From the IMG/VR virus record IMGVR_UViG_3300037466_003379, positions 1-64,000 of that record: a stretch of 64,000 nt of DNA, one strand, 5' to 3'. Shown in pieces: positions 45,984-54,878 of the stretch (positions are counted from its first letter, which is position 1; each line of letters starts with the position of its first letter). Under the pieces are notes generated by a model. It saw only the letters and a list, made by a program, of their open reading frames with translations. It was not told where the DNA came from and did not search any database. This DNA is from a virus. The position numbers and the translations under genes are program-made.

Positions 45984-46562
45984 TCAGGAGTACGGGGCGT
46001 CCCAGGCGACGACCATCCAGGTCCCGCCGAGCGCGGTGTCCGACGACAGGGAGGCGCCGGTGTTCTGCAGCGCGCCGCCGCGGATCACGGTCCCGGCGGT
46101 GAACCGCTCGTAGAGGTGGGCCTCGACGTACACGTGCCCCGAGGCGGCCATGACCTCGTCGCCCATCGCGGCGATGTTCCCGGGGTTCGACGTGCCGTTG
46201 ACCATGATCGCGGCGCAGCGGATCCCGGAGGAGCCGGACACGAAGCCGACGTGCAAGCAGATCTCGTACCAGCCCGCCGTCTGGATCGTGACCGTCGTGC
46301 CGCCGGCGGTCGCCATGCTGTCGGTGTCGAGGACCTCGTTGTCCCACGTGATCGTGTTCGGGGTCGATGTGATCGAGCCCGTCGCGAAGTTGTGCGCGTT
46401 GCTGGTCAGGTAGCACATCGGCTTCGTGGACGCCCCCGAGGCGAGGGTGCGGCCCAGCGTGTTCTGCGCCAGCGTGTCGACGTTCGTGCGCAGGTTCGAC
46501 AGGTCCGTCGCGGTGACGAGGACGCCGTCGGTGAAGGTCGGGGGAGCGGACAGCGCCGACAT
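45984..46562 (-). CDS. Minor tail/fibre protein, paralog 3
   Basis: Shared PxF.xG, I.TxGWY, W.APY motifs. Confidence 0.75.
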   Translation of the reverse strand: MSALSAPPTFTDGVLVTATDLSNLRTNVDTLAQNTLGRTLASGASTKPMCYLTSNAHNFATGSITSTPNTITWDNEVLDTDSMATAGGTTVTIQTAGWYEICLHVGFVSGSSGIRCAAIMVNGTSNPGNIAAMGDEVMAASGHVYVEAHLYERFTAGTVIRGGALQNTGASLSSDTALGGTWMVVAWDAPYS

Positions 46563-46575
46563 CGGGGCTCCTCGG

Positions 46576-47166
46576 TCAGTAGGGGGCGTGCCAGGCGCAC
46601 GTCCACCACGTGCCCCAGGAGCCGACGGAGTTGTTCGTGGTGAGGTTCAGCGACGCCCCGGAGTTCTGAAAGACGCCGACGTAGAGCGACGCCCCGGCCT
46701 GCAGGTGCTCGTAGGCCACGACCTGGTGGTGGTAGGCGCTGGTGGAGCCCAGGTTCTGCGTCGTCGTCGCGACGACGTTCAGCGGGTCCGCGATGCCGTT
46801 GATGAGGATCTGCACGACCCGCTCGGACGCGGCCGCGGACGCCCACCACGCCTGGGCCATGATCCGGTACCAGCCAGGCGTCTGGATCACCATGTGATCG
46901 GCGGGGGAGCCCGGCCACATGCCGTCGTTGTCGAAGACGACGTTATTCCAGGTGACGATCTGGTTCGTGCCGCCCGCCCCGGTCGGGACGGAGAAGTTGC
47001 TGGTCAGGTTGACCTTGCAGATCGGCTTCGTGGAGTAGCCCGCCGAGGCGGGCTTGCCCAGCAGGTTCTGCGACAGCGCGTCGAGGTTGAAGGACAGCCG
47101 GTTCAAGTCGGCCTGTCCGACGAGCGTGCCGTCGACGAACGTCGGGTTGGCGATGGTGGCGGGCAC
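46576..47166 (-). CDS. Minor tail/fibre protein, paralog 2
   Basis: Same motifs. Confidence 0.75.
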   Translation of the reverse strand: MPATIANPTFVDGTLVGQADLNRLSFNLDALSQNLLGKPASAGYSTKPICKVNLTSNFSVPTGAGGTNQIVTWNNVVFDNDGMWPGSPADHMVIQTPGWYRIMAQAWWASAAASERVVQILINGIADPLNVVATTTQNLGSTSAYHHQVVAYEHLQAGASLYVGVFQNSGASLNLTTNNSVGSWGTWWTCAWHAPY

Positions 47167-47184
47167 GCCGGCCTCCGCTCTCGA

Positions 47185-47793
47185 TCAGTAGGGGGCTTCG
47201 TAGGTGACCGACATCCATGTCCCCCACGCGGAGGAGGAGGCGGCCGCGGTCGCCTGGGGGAGCAGGTTCAGCGCAGCGCCCGATGCCTGGTAGGTGCGGC
47301 CGAGGATGTTCGTGTTGAAGGCGGCGTGCACCCACGCCGAGACCTGCAGCCGCTGGTTGTTGTTGATCCGCATCAGGGTGTTGTGGGTGGCGACGACGTT
47401 GGCGTTCGCGGTGCCGTTGACGCAGATCGAGATGGCGCGCTCGGACGGGGCGAGAGCGCCCGGGTCCGACTGGAAGTCGTATGCCACCTGGAGCTCGACG
47501 CGGTACCAGCCGGGGGTGAGGATCAGGAACGTCGTCCCGACGTTGATCGAGAAGTGGTGGTCGGAGTCCACCTCTTCGAGGTCCCAGTTGATCACCGTGT
47601 CTGTGGCGTTCAAGATCGACTGAGTGTTCAGGAGCCGCGCCTTCGTCGCGGGCCTCTGGGTCGCCCCATCGGACAGCGGGTGCGCCGTCCCGAGCTGGGC
47701 GATCGTGTCGAGGTTCGTCGCGATCGTCTGCAGGTTCGCCGCCGTGGGCACCGTGCCGTTTGTGAAGCTCGGGATGCTGCTCAGCGACGGCAC
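47185..47793 (-). CDS. Minor tail/fibre protein, paralog 1
   Basis: Same motifs. Confidence 0.75.
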   Translation of the reverse strand: MPSLSSIPSFTNGTVPTAANLQTIATNLDTIAQLGTAHPLSDGATQRPATKARLLNTQSILNATDTVINWDLEEVDSDHHFSINVGTTFLILTPGWYRVELQVAYDFQSDPGALAPSERAISICVNGTANANVVATHNTLMRINNNQRLQVSAWVHAAFNTNILGRTYQASGAALNLLPQATAAASSSAWGTWMSVTYEAPY

Positions 47794-47808
47794 GGTGCCC
47801 CTCCAGGC

Positions 47809-50688
47809 TCAATAGACAGGGGTCGTCGACGTCCCGAGGACCCCAAGCGTGGAGTCCCCGAGGACCCACGCGGACGGCACGAACACCGGGGAGAGCTGCA
47901 GGTCGACGGTCCAGTCGCCCGTCTCCCCGTCGACGCGATGGTCGATCTTCTCGATGTAATACTCGCGCGACGTCGTCAGCGACATCGAGCGCCTGTTGAC
48001 CCGGACCCGCTGGGAGATCTCCAGCGACAGCACGACCGGCCACAGCGCCGGGTTCGCCGACGGCTTCAAGGTCAACTTCGTGACCCGCGTCTTCGGCGAC
48101 CCGTACCGAGCGAGGTAGTGCACACCGGCCTGCTCGACGTCGAAGTCCGTCGTCACCTGCAGCGTCTGCGTCAAGATCCGCTGCCCGTACGTCGCCTCCG
48201 CCGCCGAGTTGACCATCGGGGCGATCGCACTGTTGTCCGGCCGCGACAGGTTGGCCTGGGAGAACACGTACGTCGGGTCGTGGTCCGTCGTGAGGTCCTG
48301 GTACGGGTACTCCGTCGGCGACGCCCCGGCCGGGTTCTCCCCGAACGTCCACAGCGCCGTCTGGTTCGCGTACCTCGAGCGCCGCGACTCGACCCGAGCG
48401 TTGCCCTCCTTCGTCATGTAGACGAGGCCGCGCTCCGTCTCCGCCACCTCCTGGAGGACGTCCAGCAACGTCCGCCCGTCATAGGAGAAGTCAGCGGCCA
48501 GCTTCACCGTCCCGGCGTCGACCCATATCGAGCCGCCCCACCACTGGTTCAGCAGGCGGATCGCCCGCGCCCCGGAGTCCTCGACGCCGGAGTAGCCGAT
48601 CCCGCGCCAGTACAGGGCCGCCTGCTCGGTGAGCGTGAGCAGCCGGTTGAAGACGGCGAACCGGCCCGTCGACATCTGCGACTGCGGGTAGCCGAAGCCG
48701 GTCGACGCCGAGAAGAACCCGGCGACGTTGAAGCCGATCTGCGCAGGCTGCGAGCCCACGGCGATGGATGAGCCGCGGAGGTTGTCCGTCCCCCGCATCC
48801 ATCCACCCGTCGCGTCGAACCCGAGCAGGTGCATGTGCCACTGGTTGTCCTGCCACAGCCGCCCGCCGCCCGCGATGGCGGTGGTGATCGACGCGCCGCC
48901 CTCGACCGGCCGGTAGCGGTAGTAGACCTCCTCCGTGGTTCCGTCACCGGCCCGGATCGCCAGCTGGACGTGCGTGGAGTCCGTCGGGAAGTTCGACGCC
49001 CCCGGGGCCACGTACAGCCCCGGCGCCTGCCACGCCCCGATCGCCGGCCGGATCCAGATCACGAAGCACGACCCGGTCGTCGACATGGAGATGCGGCCGC
49101 CGATCGGCTCCATGTAGGTGTCGTTCAGCGAGCCGCTCCGCGACGGTGGGTTCTCCGGGTTCTGCTGCGTGAACGTCACCGCCGGGTGCCCGTCGGGGTG
49201 GCTGTCGCCCGCCCAGTTGATCTGCGACGACTGCGGCACGTAGTAGACCGGTGTCGCACCCGTCCCGGTCCCGAGCTGGCCTTGCCCCGCTGGCGCGGAG
49301 GCGTTGTCGAGCGGCATCGACGCGATCGGGCCCAGCCCAGACAGGACGGACTCGTAGTCCTGCTTCACCGTCGCCCGCGACATGATCGCGAGCCCGTCGA
49401 CCAACGTCATGGGCTTCTGCGCGCGGACACCGCCCATGTCCCACGACGTGGGGAACCGTTCCGCGTAGCCCGTGATGATCGGGTAGAGCGACGGCCCGGT
49501 CGCCTGCCACGCCGTGAGCGTGGACCCGAACTCCAGCTGCTGCTCGTCGACGTAGAACGTCGGCGTGGTCGCCCCCGACCCGTAGACGTAGACGTCCTCG
49601 AGCGTGTCGACGGGATTCCAGGCGACATAGATCCTGGTCCAAGCGTTCACTGCCGTGGTGGCGGTGCCCTGGTGCCAGTTCCCGGCGGCGTCCATGATCC
49701 CGCAGGTCACGGTGCCGTTGGTCGGGTACACCCAGACGGAGAAGGTGTAGGTGACGTCGGGGGCGGTGCGGAACCCGTTCACCACGCCGAAGGACGCTCC
49801 GGCGGCGCCCTGGGTGACCAGCATCGACTTCGCGCCCGAGTGCTTCTGCACCGTCGACAGGGCGGCCGTGGTGCCCACGTCGACCGGCACCCACCCGGAC
49901 GTCGTCCCCTCAAACCCGGGGTCGTAGCCGGACCAGACGGTCGGGTTGATGATGTTCCCCGAGCCCGGCTGGTTCGGCCACATCGCCCAGATCCACGCGG
50001 CCCGGTACGGGGTGACCCTGGCGTTCGAGGTCGTCGTGGTGCCCGCCAGCGGGAAGGTGTCGCCGCCCGGGTACACGCCAGACCCGGGGGACGTGCCCCC
50101 GGTCGTCGTCGCCCCGTTGAAGGGCGAGTTCCCGTTGTCCGGGTTGAGCAGCTCCAGCGGGTCCGGCAGGTCGAGCTCAGCGGTACCGGCCTGCACCTGG
50201 TCCAGCTCGTACTGGCGGCCGCGGGACGTCGACCAGCGGCGCACGAACAGCCGCTTCGCCACCGCGTTGATCGAGTTCCGGGCGCCTGTCGGCCTGCCGG
50301 GCGGCCCGGAGGTGAAGTCGACCTCGAAGCCGACGAGCGGCCAGTTCGGGTTCGCCAGGGTCGCAGGCTGCCCCGCCCCGACGAGGACCTGACTCGTCAG
50401 GTCGACGCCGCCGACGCTCTCGGACAGGGACCGCGGATAGGTGACCAGCCGAGAGGTGCCGTCCGCTCCGCCGACCGCCTCGGTGGTGGACCGCGGCCAG
50501 TACCAGGAGGTGCTGTCCGCCCCGCCAGCCGTCTCGCTGATGGACCGCCCGTAGGCGACGGCCCGGGTGGTGCTGTCAGATCCGGCGACGGTCTCGGCAG
50601 TGGAGCGGGGCCCGCCTGGCGTGGTGCCTGCGTCGAGCGCGTGCCGGATGACCGGGCGGAGCGGGAAGGAACGCCCGAAGCGTGCCAC
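47809..50688 (-). CDS. Large minor tail protein with carbohydrate-binding and LamG-like regions
   Basis: RGRQYELDQVQAG; PGFEG...W CBM-like segment; ends WVLGDSTLGVLG.ST...Y. Confidence 0.8.
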   Translation of the reverse strand: MARFGRSFPLRPVIRHALDAGTTPGGPRSTAETVAGSDSTTRAVAYGRSISETAGGADSTSWYWPRSTTEAVGGADGTSRLVTYPRSLSESVGGVDLTSQVLVGAGQPATLANPNWPLVGFEVDFTSGPPGRPTGARNSINAVAKRLFVRRWSTSRGRQYELDQVQAGTAELDLPDPLELLNPDNGNSPFNGATTTGGTSPGSGVYPGGDTFPLAGTTTTSNARVTPYRAAWIWAMWPNQPGSGNIINPTVWSGYDPGFEGTTSGWVPVDVGTTAALSTVQKHSGAKSMLVTQGAAGASFGVVNGFRTAPDVTYTFSVWVYPTNGTVTCGIMDAAGNWHQGTATTAVNAWTRIYVAWNPVDTLEDVYVYGSGATTPTFYVDEQQLEFGSTLTAWQATGPSLYPIITGYAERFPTSWDMGGVRAQKPMTLVDGLAIMSRATVKQDYESVLSGLGPIASMPLDNASAPAGQGQLGTGTGATPVYYVPQSSQINWAGDSHPDGHPAVTFTQQNPENPPSRSGSLNDTYMEPIGGRISMSTTGSCFVIWIRPAIGAWQAPGLYVAPGASNFPTDSTHVQLAIRAGDGTTEEVYYRYRPVEGGASITTAIAGGGRLWQDNQWHMHLLGFDATGGWMRGTDNLRGSSIAVGSQPAQIGFNVAGFFSASTGFGYPQSQMSTGRFAVFNRLLTLTEQAALYWRGIGYSGVEDSGARAIRLLNQWWGGSIWVDAGTVKLAADFSYDGRTLLDVLQEVAETERGLVYMTKEGNARVESRRSRYANQTALWTFGENPAGASPTEYPYQDLTTDHDPTYVFSQANLSRPDNSAIAPMVNSAAEATYGQRILTQTLQVTTDFDVEQAGVHYLARYGSPKTRVTKLTLKPSANPALWPVVLSLEISQRVRVNRRSMSLTTSREYYIEKIDHRVDGETGDWTVDLQLSPVFVPSAWVLGDSTLGVLGTSTTPVY

Positions 50689-50712
50689 GGCTCAAGCCCC
50701 CGATCTGTTCGG

Positions 50713-51324
50713 CTACTGGGACACGGTGGTGGTCACGACCATGACGTCACCGGAGGCCGCGAAGTTCGCGGTCGCGATCGTGGCCTCGAACGCCATCCGC
50801 CCCGACACCATTGACGCGAAGGTCCCGACCTTGGCCACGGCCACCGGCAGCGCGTCCGCACCGTTCGCTGTGAACGTGCCGGTGAGCGTGTAGGAGGAGG
50901 ACCCCGTGGTGTGCGCGAAGGCAGCCAGGCGCCGCACCAGGCCGCCGCCGCTGGTGGTGATCTCCCCGGCGAGCGTCGTGTCGGTGGCGACGGGACTCGA
51001 GGTGTTCGCGGACAGCGCCATGCAGGCCGCGGGTGCACCGCCGGGGGTGATGACGTAGCCGCCGACCCCTGGGGTCGACGCGGTCCCGCCACCCATCGAG
51101 GACGCGATGTACCAGCGGTCGATGGTGAGCGCGGTGCTCGTGTTCGAGACGACGATGCCGTAGGTCGTGCCCGTCGCCACGATGTGCCCGACCCACTGGT
51201 TCGTCGTCCAGGTCTTCCCCGTGTCGGTGAGGGTGGTGCCGGTGACCGCCGTGGACGTCCCGGAATCACCGCTGGGGTCGCCCAGGCTGAGGGCCTGCCA
51301 GTCCTGCCCGGCGTTCGTCTTCAC
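50713..51324 (-). CDS. Virion structural protein
   Basis: ATDTTLAGE; tail cluster. Confidence 0.7.
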   Translation of the reverse strand: MKTNAGQDWQALSLGDPSGDSGTSTAVTGTTLTDTGKTWTTNQWVGHIVATGTTYGIVVSNTSTALTIDRWYIASSMGGGTASTPGVGGYVITPGGAPAACMALSANTSSPVATDTTLAGEITTSGGGLVRRLAAFAHTTGSSSYTLTGTFTANGADALPVAVAKVGTFASMVSGRMAFEATIATANFAASGDVMVVTTTVSQ

Positions 51325-51599
51325 GCGGTCTCCCAGTCGTCAGGGCGGCCGATCGGGCAGCCGTAGTGGTCGGCGAGCGCCCGGGCGAGCTCAGGGGAGT
51401 CGGACTCCACCCACGCCGGCGCAGCCGCGGTGGAGTGGACGCGCCACAGCCCGAGGAGCGGGCCGCCGCTGTCGTGGGCGACGGTCTGGACCTGCTCGGT
51501 CAGCGTGTAGCTGTCGGGGATGTGCGCGACCGTGACCTGCTTGCCGAGCGGCTGACCGCGGTCGACGGCGGCCGGGTTGCCGAGGTGAACGGTGGGCAT
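51321..51599 (-). CDS. Hypothetical protein
   Basis: Coupled; PAWVESD. Confidence 0.65.
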   Translation of the reverse strand: MPTVHLGNPAAVDRGQPLGKQVTVAHIPDSYTLTEQVQTVAHDSGGPLLGLWRVHSTAAAPAWVESDSPELARALADHYGCPIGRPDDWETA

Positions 51600-51651
51600 G
51601 CGTCGGGTCCTTTCCCGGGCGGAGAGGGGCTGGAGCAGGGGACCGCCGGGG

Positions 51652-53163
51652 TCACTGCACCGTGAGGGTCAGGTCGTCCGAGCCGGCGCCCGTGGCGGTG
51701 TACCGGAGGACGAAGGTGCCGATCTGGGAGTCCGAGGGCGGGCTGGGCCGGGTCGACATCGTGTAGCTGTCGCCGTAGACCGACCAGGAGAACGGGGTCA
51801 GCAGGCTGAACTTCCCGGCGCTGATCAGGCTCCTGTAGATGGTCGAGCGCCCGTCGCTCTGGTAGTCGCCCCAGGACTGCAGGACGGCGTCGCGGAGATC
51901 GCAGATCTTCGTGAGGTAGGCGCTCTCGGTGCCACCGGCGGATGGCGGCTTCGACGTGCTGGCGCGGGCGGCTGCGATGATGCCGCCGTAGCTCTCGGAG
52001 TCGGTACCGGGGCCGTGATTAACCAAAACGTCGTAATGCAATGCGAGGCCGAGTGGGCTAACCCCGTCCTGCAGCGCGTTCTTGAGCGCGTCGTCCCAGT
52101 AGATGCTCTTCCGCAGCTCTCGCTGCGCCTGCCGGAACAGCGGGTCGGTATTCGCCGCGCTCGCCCAGGCCGTCTGAAAGGCCGTGCCGAGGTTGGACGC
52201 AGCAGCGCTGGAGGCGCCCGAGCCGTAGCCGACGTTCGCGCAGTTCTGCAGGCCCGTGAGGTACGACGACAGCGGGTTGCTCGTCGGCTTGAGCTGCACA
52301 TACCGCTGCACCAGCTGCAGCATGTCCCCGGTCGCACTGGTGAAGCCGATCAGCCCGCCGGTATAGCCGCGCTGGTCCCCGATGTCCTGAATGTAGTTGT
52401 AGGTCGTCGTCCAGTCCTTCGTGGAGTTCTCCGCGGTCTGGACGATCTCGAAACACATCTCCTGAATAACCGGCTGTCGCAGGTCCGTGGTCCCGGACGG
52501 GGACGACCCGATCGGCCACGACAGCGCCGCCGCCGTCCCGATCGTCGTGCCCTCCCCGAGCGGCCCGGACACGATCGTCCAGGCGCGGCTGGTGATCGTG
52601 ACGCCGGTCGGCTCCGTCGCGGTCCGCGTGAACGTCGACCCGGGAGCGGCAGTCGCGTCCGCGCCAGCGAACAGCGCCCCGGAGGAGGTGGAGCCGCCAC
52701 CCGCCGCGTTGCTGGTGATCGTGACGTCGGTCAGCACCCACGCCCCGGCGAGCGCGCTGTACTCGGCGGAGGCGAGGAGCACCTGGTTCTGCGGCACCGA
52801 GTAGGTCAGGGTCGTGACGCGCGTCGACAGCAGGAAGCCCGACGCGAACGTGCACGTCCGGGCGGCCCCGGACGCCAGCGCGAGCACCTCGTAAAGCTCG
52901 CCATCGGTGACCGCACCCACCGGGACGGGGATCGTCGTGTCGGCGGTCATCGTGAAGTCGGAGATCATGGCATCGTTCGTGCCGGTGTTCCCGGCCCCAC
53001 CGGTGCCGCCGCCCAGACCCTCAAGGGAACTGACCCGGCCCTCGACGGCGTCCAGCCGGAGCGACGCCTCCTTGATCCCGGCCTCCTGGTGGTTCAGGCG
53101 GCCGGCGCTGAGCGGGGTCCCTCCGTTGGGCCCGTCGACCCACGTCTGCTGGTCGTAGGACAT
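51652..53163 (-). CDS. Tail-cluster protein with GH46 chitosanase domain
   Basis: TAENST.DW...Y.YIQDIGDQRGYTGGLIGFTSATGDML, YD..V.HGPG, WSVYGDSY; N-terminal WVDG...GTPLSA.RLN..EAGI fibre-like motif. Confidence 0.88.
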   Translation of the reverse strand: MSYDQQTWVDGPNGGTPLSAGRLNHQEAGIKEASLRLDAVEGRVSSLEGLGGGTGGAGNTGTNDAMISDFTMTADTTIPVPVGAVTDGELYEVLALASGAARTCTFASGFLLSTRVTTLTYSVPQNQVLLASAEYSALAGAWVLTDVTITSNAAGGGSTSSGALFAGADATAAPGSTFTRTATEPTGVTITSRAWTIVSGPLGEGTTIGTAAALSWPIGSSPSGTTDLRQPVIQEMCFEIVQTAENSTKDWTTTYNYIQDIGDQRGYTGGLIGFTSATGDMLQLVQRYVQLKPTSNPLSSYLTGLQNCANVGYGSGASSAAASNLGTAFQTAWASAANTDPLFRQAQRELRKSIYWDDALKNALQDGVSPLGLALHYDVLVNHGPGTDSESYGGIIAAARASTSKPPSAGGTESAYLTKICDLRDAVLQSWGDYQSDGRSTIYRSLISAGKFSLLTPFSWSVYGDSYTMSTRPSPPSDSQIGTFVLRYTATGAGSDDLTLTVQ

Positions 53164-53206
53164 GCTGCCTCGCTTACTTTCTTGCAGGTGCAGGAGGGGG
53201 CGCGCG

Positions 53207-53668
53207 TCACTCCTCGAAGGCGAGCCACGCCTTCGCGTTCGGGGTGACTGAGGCCGGAGTGGTCACGCGCAGCCCGATGCGCTGCGTCGAGGTGCCGGAC
53301 ATCTGTGGCTCGCGGCCCAGCGGGAACTGCAGGACGACCAAGCCGCCGTAGGGCTGGACGTAGAAGGACCGGAGGATCTCGACGGCGGTCGGCTCGGTCG
53401 TCAGCGCGACGAGCGACGAGGTGTTCGACGCGGCCGAGTCGGCGGACCCGTTCTCCTTCACGACCGTGGCCGCGGTGCCAGCCGGGCTGCCGATCGTCGT
53501 CGACCGGTAGAGGTCGACGGTCACGGCCGCCGAGCTCGCGGACGAGTCGAAGCTGATCCCCAGCTCGGTGATGACGTACGACGTCGTCGGGTTGATGAGG
53601 ATGAGCGACTTCGTCGCCGACGCGGAGAGCGCGACGGCGCCGGAGTTGATCGTGTAGGTGCGCGCCAC
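53207..53668 (-). CDS. Structural protein
   Basis: GAAGGAGG RBS, beta-rich. Confidence 0.65.
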   Translation of the reverse strand: MARTYTINSGAVALSASATKSLILINPTTSYVITELGISFDSSASSAAVTVDLYRSTTIGSPAGTAATVVKENGSADSAASNTSSLVALTTEPTAVEILRSFYVQPYGGLVVLQFPLGREPQMSGTSTQRIGLRVTTPASVTPNAKAWLAFEE

Positions 53669-53684
53669 GGCGCCCTCCTTCGGT

Positions 53685-54416
53685 TCAGCGGGAGGCCGCG
53701 CGAGCCGCGGCCTGGGGGACGATGAGCCGCCGAGGCGGGGGAGCTGCGGGCGCAGCGGCGGCCTTGAAAGTCGCGATCGAGCATGCCCACGTCGTGCTGG
53801 ACGGGCTGGCGGTGAACGTGCCGGTCTGCGCCCCGGTGGCCGAGACGATCTGGTCTTCGAATGCGGTGTCATAGATGCCGCCCGACCCCGTGAGGACCAG
53901 CTGCTGCTGGACGAGGTTCCCGAACCCCGAGCCGACGCTGTAGGTGTTCGAGCCGTCGTCGGTGATGCCCAGACAGACGACCAGCTCGTCGGCCTGCGTC
54001 GTCGCGGAGCTGGCACCCGATGACAGCGCGAGTCCTGTGCCCTTCGCTGTCTTCGCCTGGTCGAGCGGGGAGGCGGTGAGCAGCCCGCTGTACTCCCGGA
54101 TCCACGCGTTGAACAGGTGCGAGCCGGAGAAGCTGAACGTGAGAGTGATCGTGCCGCCGGTGGTGATCGGCGCGTACCAGAGGTCGAGGCATGCGGCGCC
54201 ACTGGACGAGAAGTTGCTCGCCGCGGTGACGCGGCTCCAGCTGTTGCCGGCGTTGTCCGTGGTGGTGATCGCGTTCGTCACGCCGAGGCCGGAGACGCTT
54301 GCGCCGACGATGAGCGTGTTTCCGGCGGCGCAGGTGACCGACTGGGTCTGCGCAGCGCCGGACGCTGTCGCGTTGTTGACCAGCTTCTGCGTGGTGTTGA
54401 CCAGGGCGACCGCCAC
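53685..54416 (-). CDS. Ser/Thr-rich structural protein
   Basis: GGGAGG RBS; TDNAGNSW, EYSG repeats. Confidence 0.65.
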   Translation of the reverse strand: MAVALVNTTQKLVNNATASGAAQTQSVTCAAGNTLIVGASVSGLGVTNAITTTDNAGNSWSRVTAASNFSSSGAACLDLWYAPITTGGTITLTFSFSGSHLFNAWIREYSGLLTASPLDQAKTAKGTGLALSSGASSATTQADELVVCLGITDDGSNTYSVGSGFGNLVQQQLVLTGSGGIYDTAFEDQIVSATGAQTGTFTASPSSTTWACSIATFKAAAAPAAPPPRRLIVPQAAARAASR

Positions 54417-54475
54417 GGCCCACACCTCCCTTCGTGCTCGAGGTGGGGGCCGTGGCGGTCAGCCACAGGCTGAGG

Positions 54476-54859
54476 TCAGTCGGAGACGATCAGCTGGTTG
54501 ACCTCGACGTCCTGGCCGGTCCAGAAGACGCAGTAGCGGACCGGGATGGCGGCGGAGGCGTACGAGGTGTAGGTCAGTCGCACGCTGGGATTCCCCGAGT
54601 CCTGGCCGTGCCCGAAGCCCGTCAGCGCGAAGCTGGCGTTGTCGGCGGGGTTCACCGGGCGCGCCCAGCTGAGGTAGAGGTCCGGGGTCTCGTCGTACGG
54701 GTAGGCGTCCTGGTCGGCCAGGGGGATGAGGATCTCCCGGGTGGCACCGGTGGGAGCCGGGTCGAGGTTGAGGACGCCGTGCAGGATCCGGCGGATGCCG
54801 AAGGTGCCGCTTGTCTCGTTGTCGATCGAGGCGTTGAAGCTGAGCGGGTAGGACGGCAT
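54476..54859 (-). CDS. Hypothetical tail protein
   Basis: Directly downstream of tape measure. Confidence 0.6.
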   Translation of the reverse strand: MPSYPLSFNASIDNETSGTFGIRRILHGVLNLDPAPTGATREILIPLADQDAYPYDETPDLYLSWARPVNPADNASFALTGFGHGQDSGNPSVRLTYTSYASAAIPVRYCVFWTGQDVEVNQLIVSD

Positions 54860-54878
54860 GGGTCGCTCCGATCTCCGG

